64,000 nucleotides of DNA. It comes from Octopus sinensis. Its lineage: Eukaryota. Under the pieces are notes generated by a model. The model had not been told where the DNA came from. It worked only from the letters and a program-made list of their open reading frames with translations, and did no database searches. Every line of letters begins with the position of its first letter. The first letter of the stretch is position 1. Both the position numbers and the translations under genes were made by a program. Location: contig NC_043019.1 of NCBI RefSeq assembly GCF_006345805.1, positions 26,535,360-26,599,359 of the forward strand. Reading direction: 5' to 3'. Shown piece by piece: positions 63,916 through 64,000 of this stretch.

Positions 63916-64000
63916 TTCAACCACAGATTGGCCATTGTCATTCAAGACAGGAATCACTTGCAAGCGGCTTTCCAGAAATTTCAGTTGGATATTCTGTAGA
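63916..64000 (-). CDS. SPO16: Upstream exon of the SPO16-like gene (may start at 63993 or run off the window)
   Basis: rc reads (LQ)NIQLKFLESRLQVIPVLNDNGQSVVE|GTAAGT, phase 0, joining the 60533 exon. Resembles C1orf146 RIQQRFLGCNLRILPVHN (from memory). Confidence 0.7.

Overview
AT-rich, microsatellite-dense eukaryotic genomic DNA. The repeat content suggests an octopus or other cephalopod (inference, not shown directly). Host coding sequence is sparse. (i) Two phase-compatible + strand exons (38703-38865, 55377-55731) encode a type II membrane protein with a divergent M1-aminopeptidase-like N-terminal domain; no catalytic exons are visible. (ii) The last two visible exons of a convergent - strand SPO16/C1orf146-like meiotic gene lie at 63916-64000 and 60267-60533. 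The rest is mobile DNA: a young 5'-truncated RTE LINE with an 875-codon open frame inside a (TATG)n tract; CR1-group, RTE-like and R4/Dong LINE fragments; two Penelope-like (GIY-YIG) remnants; two Helitron PIF1 remnants plus non-autonomous Helitrons; hAT, piggyBac, MULE and mariner remnants; MITEs; many tRNA-derived SINEs; and a GC-rich 63-bp hairpin minisatellite. The most striking signal is a set of at least four unrelated minimal hammerhead-ribozyme folds, each with a palindromic helix III (dimer type). One sits behind a tRNA-like Pol III head at the 3' end of a Penelope element. Everything was read by eye; no database searches were run.
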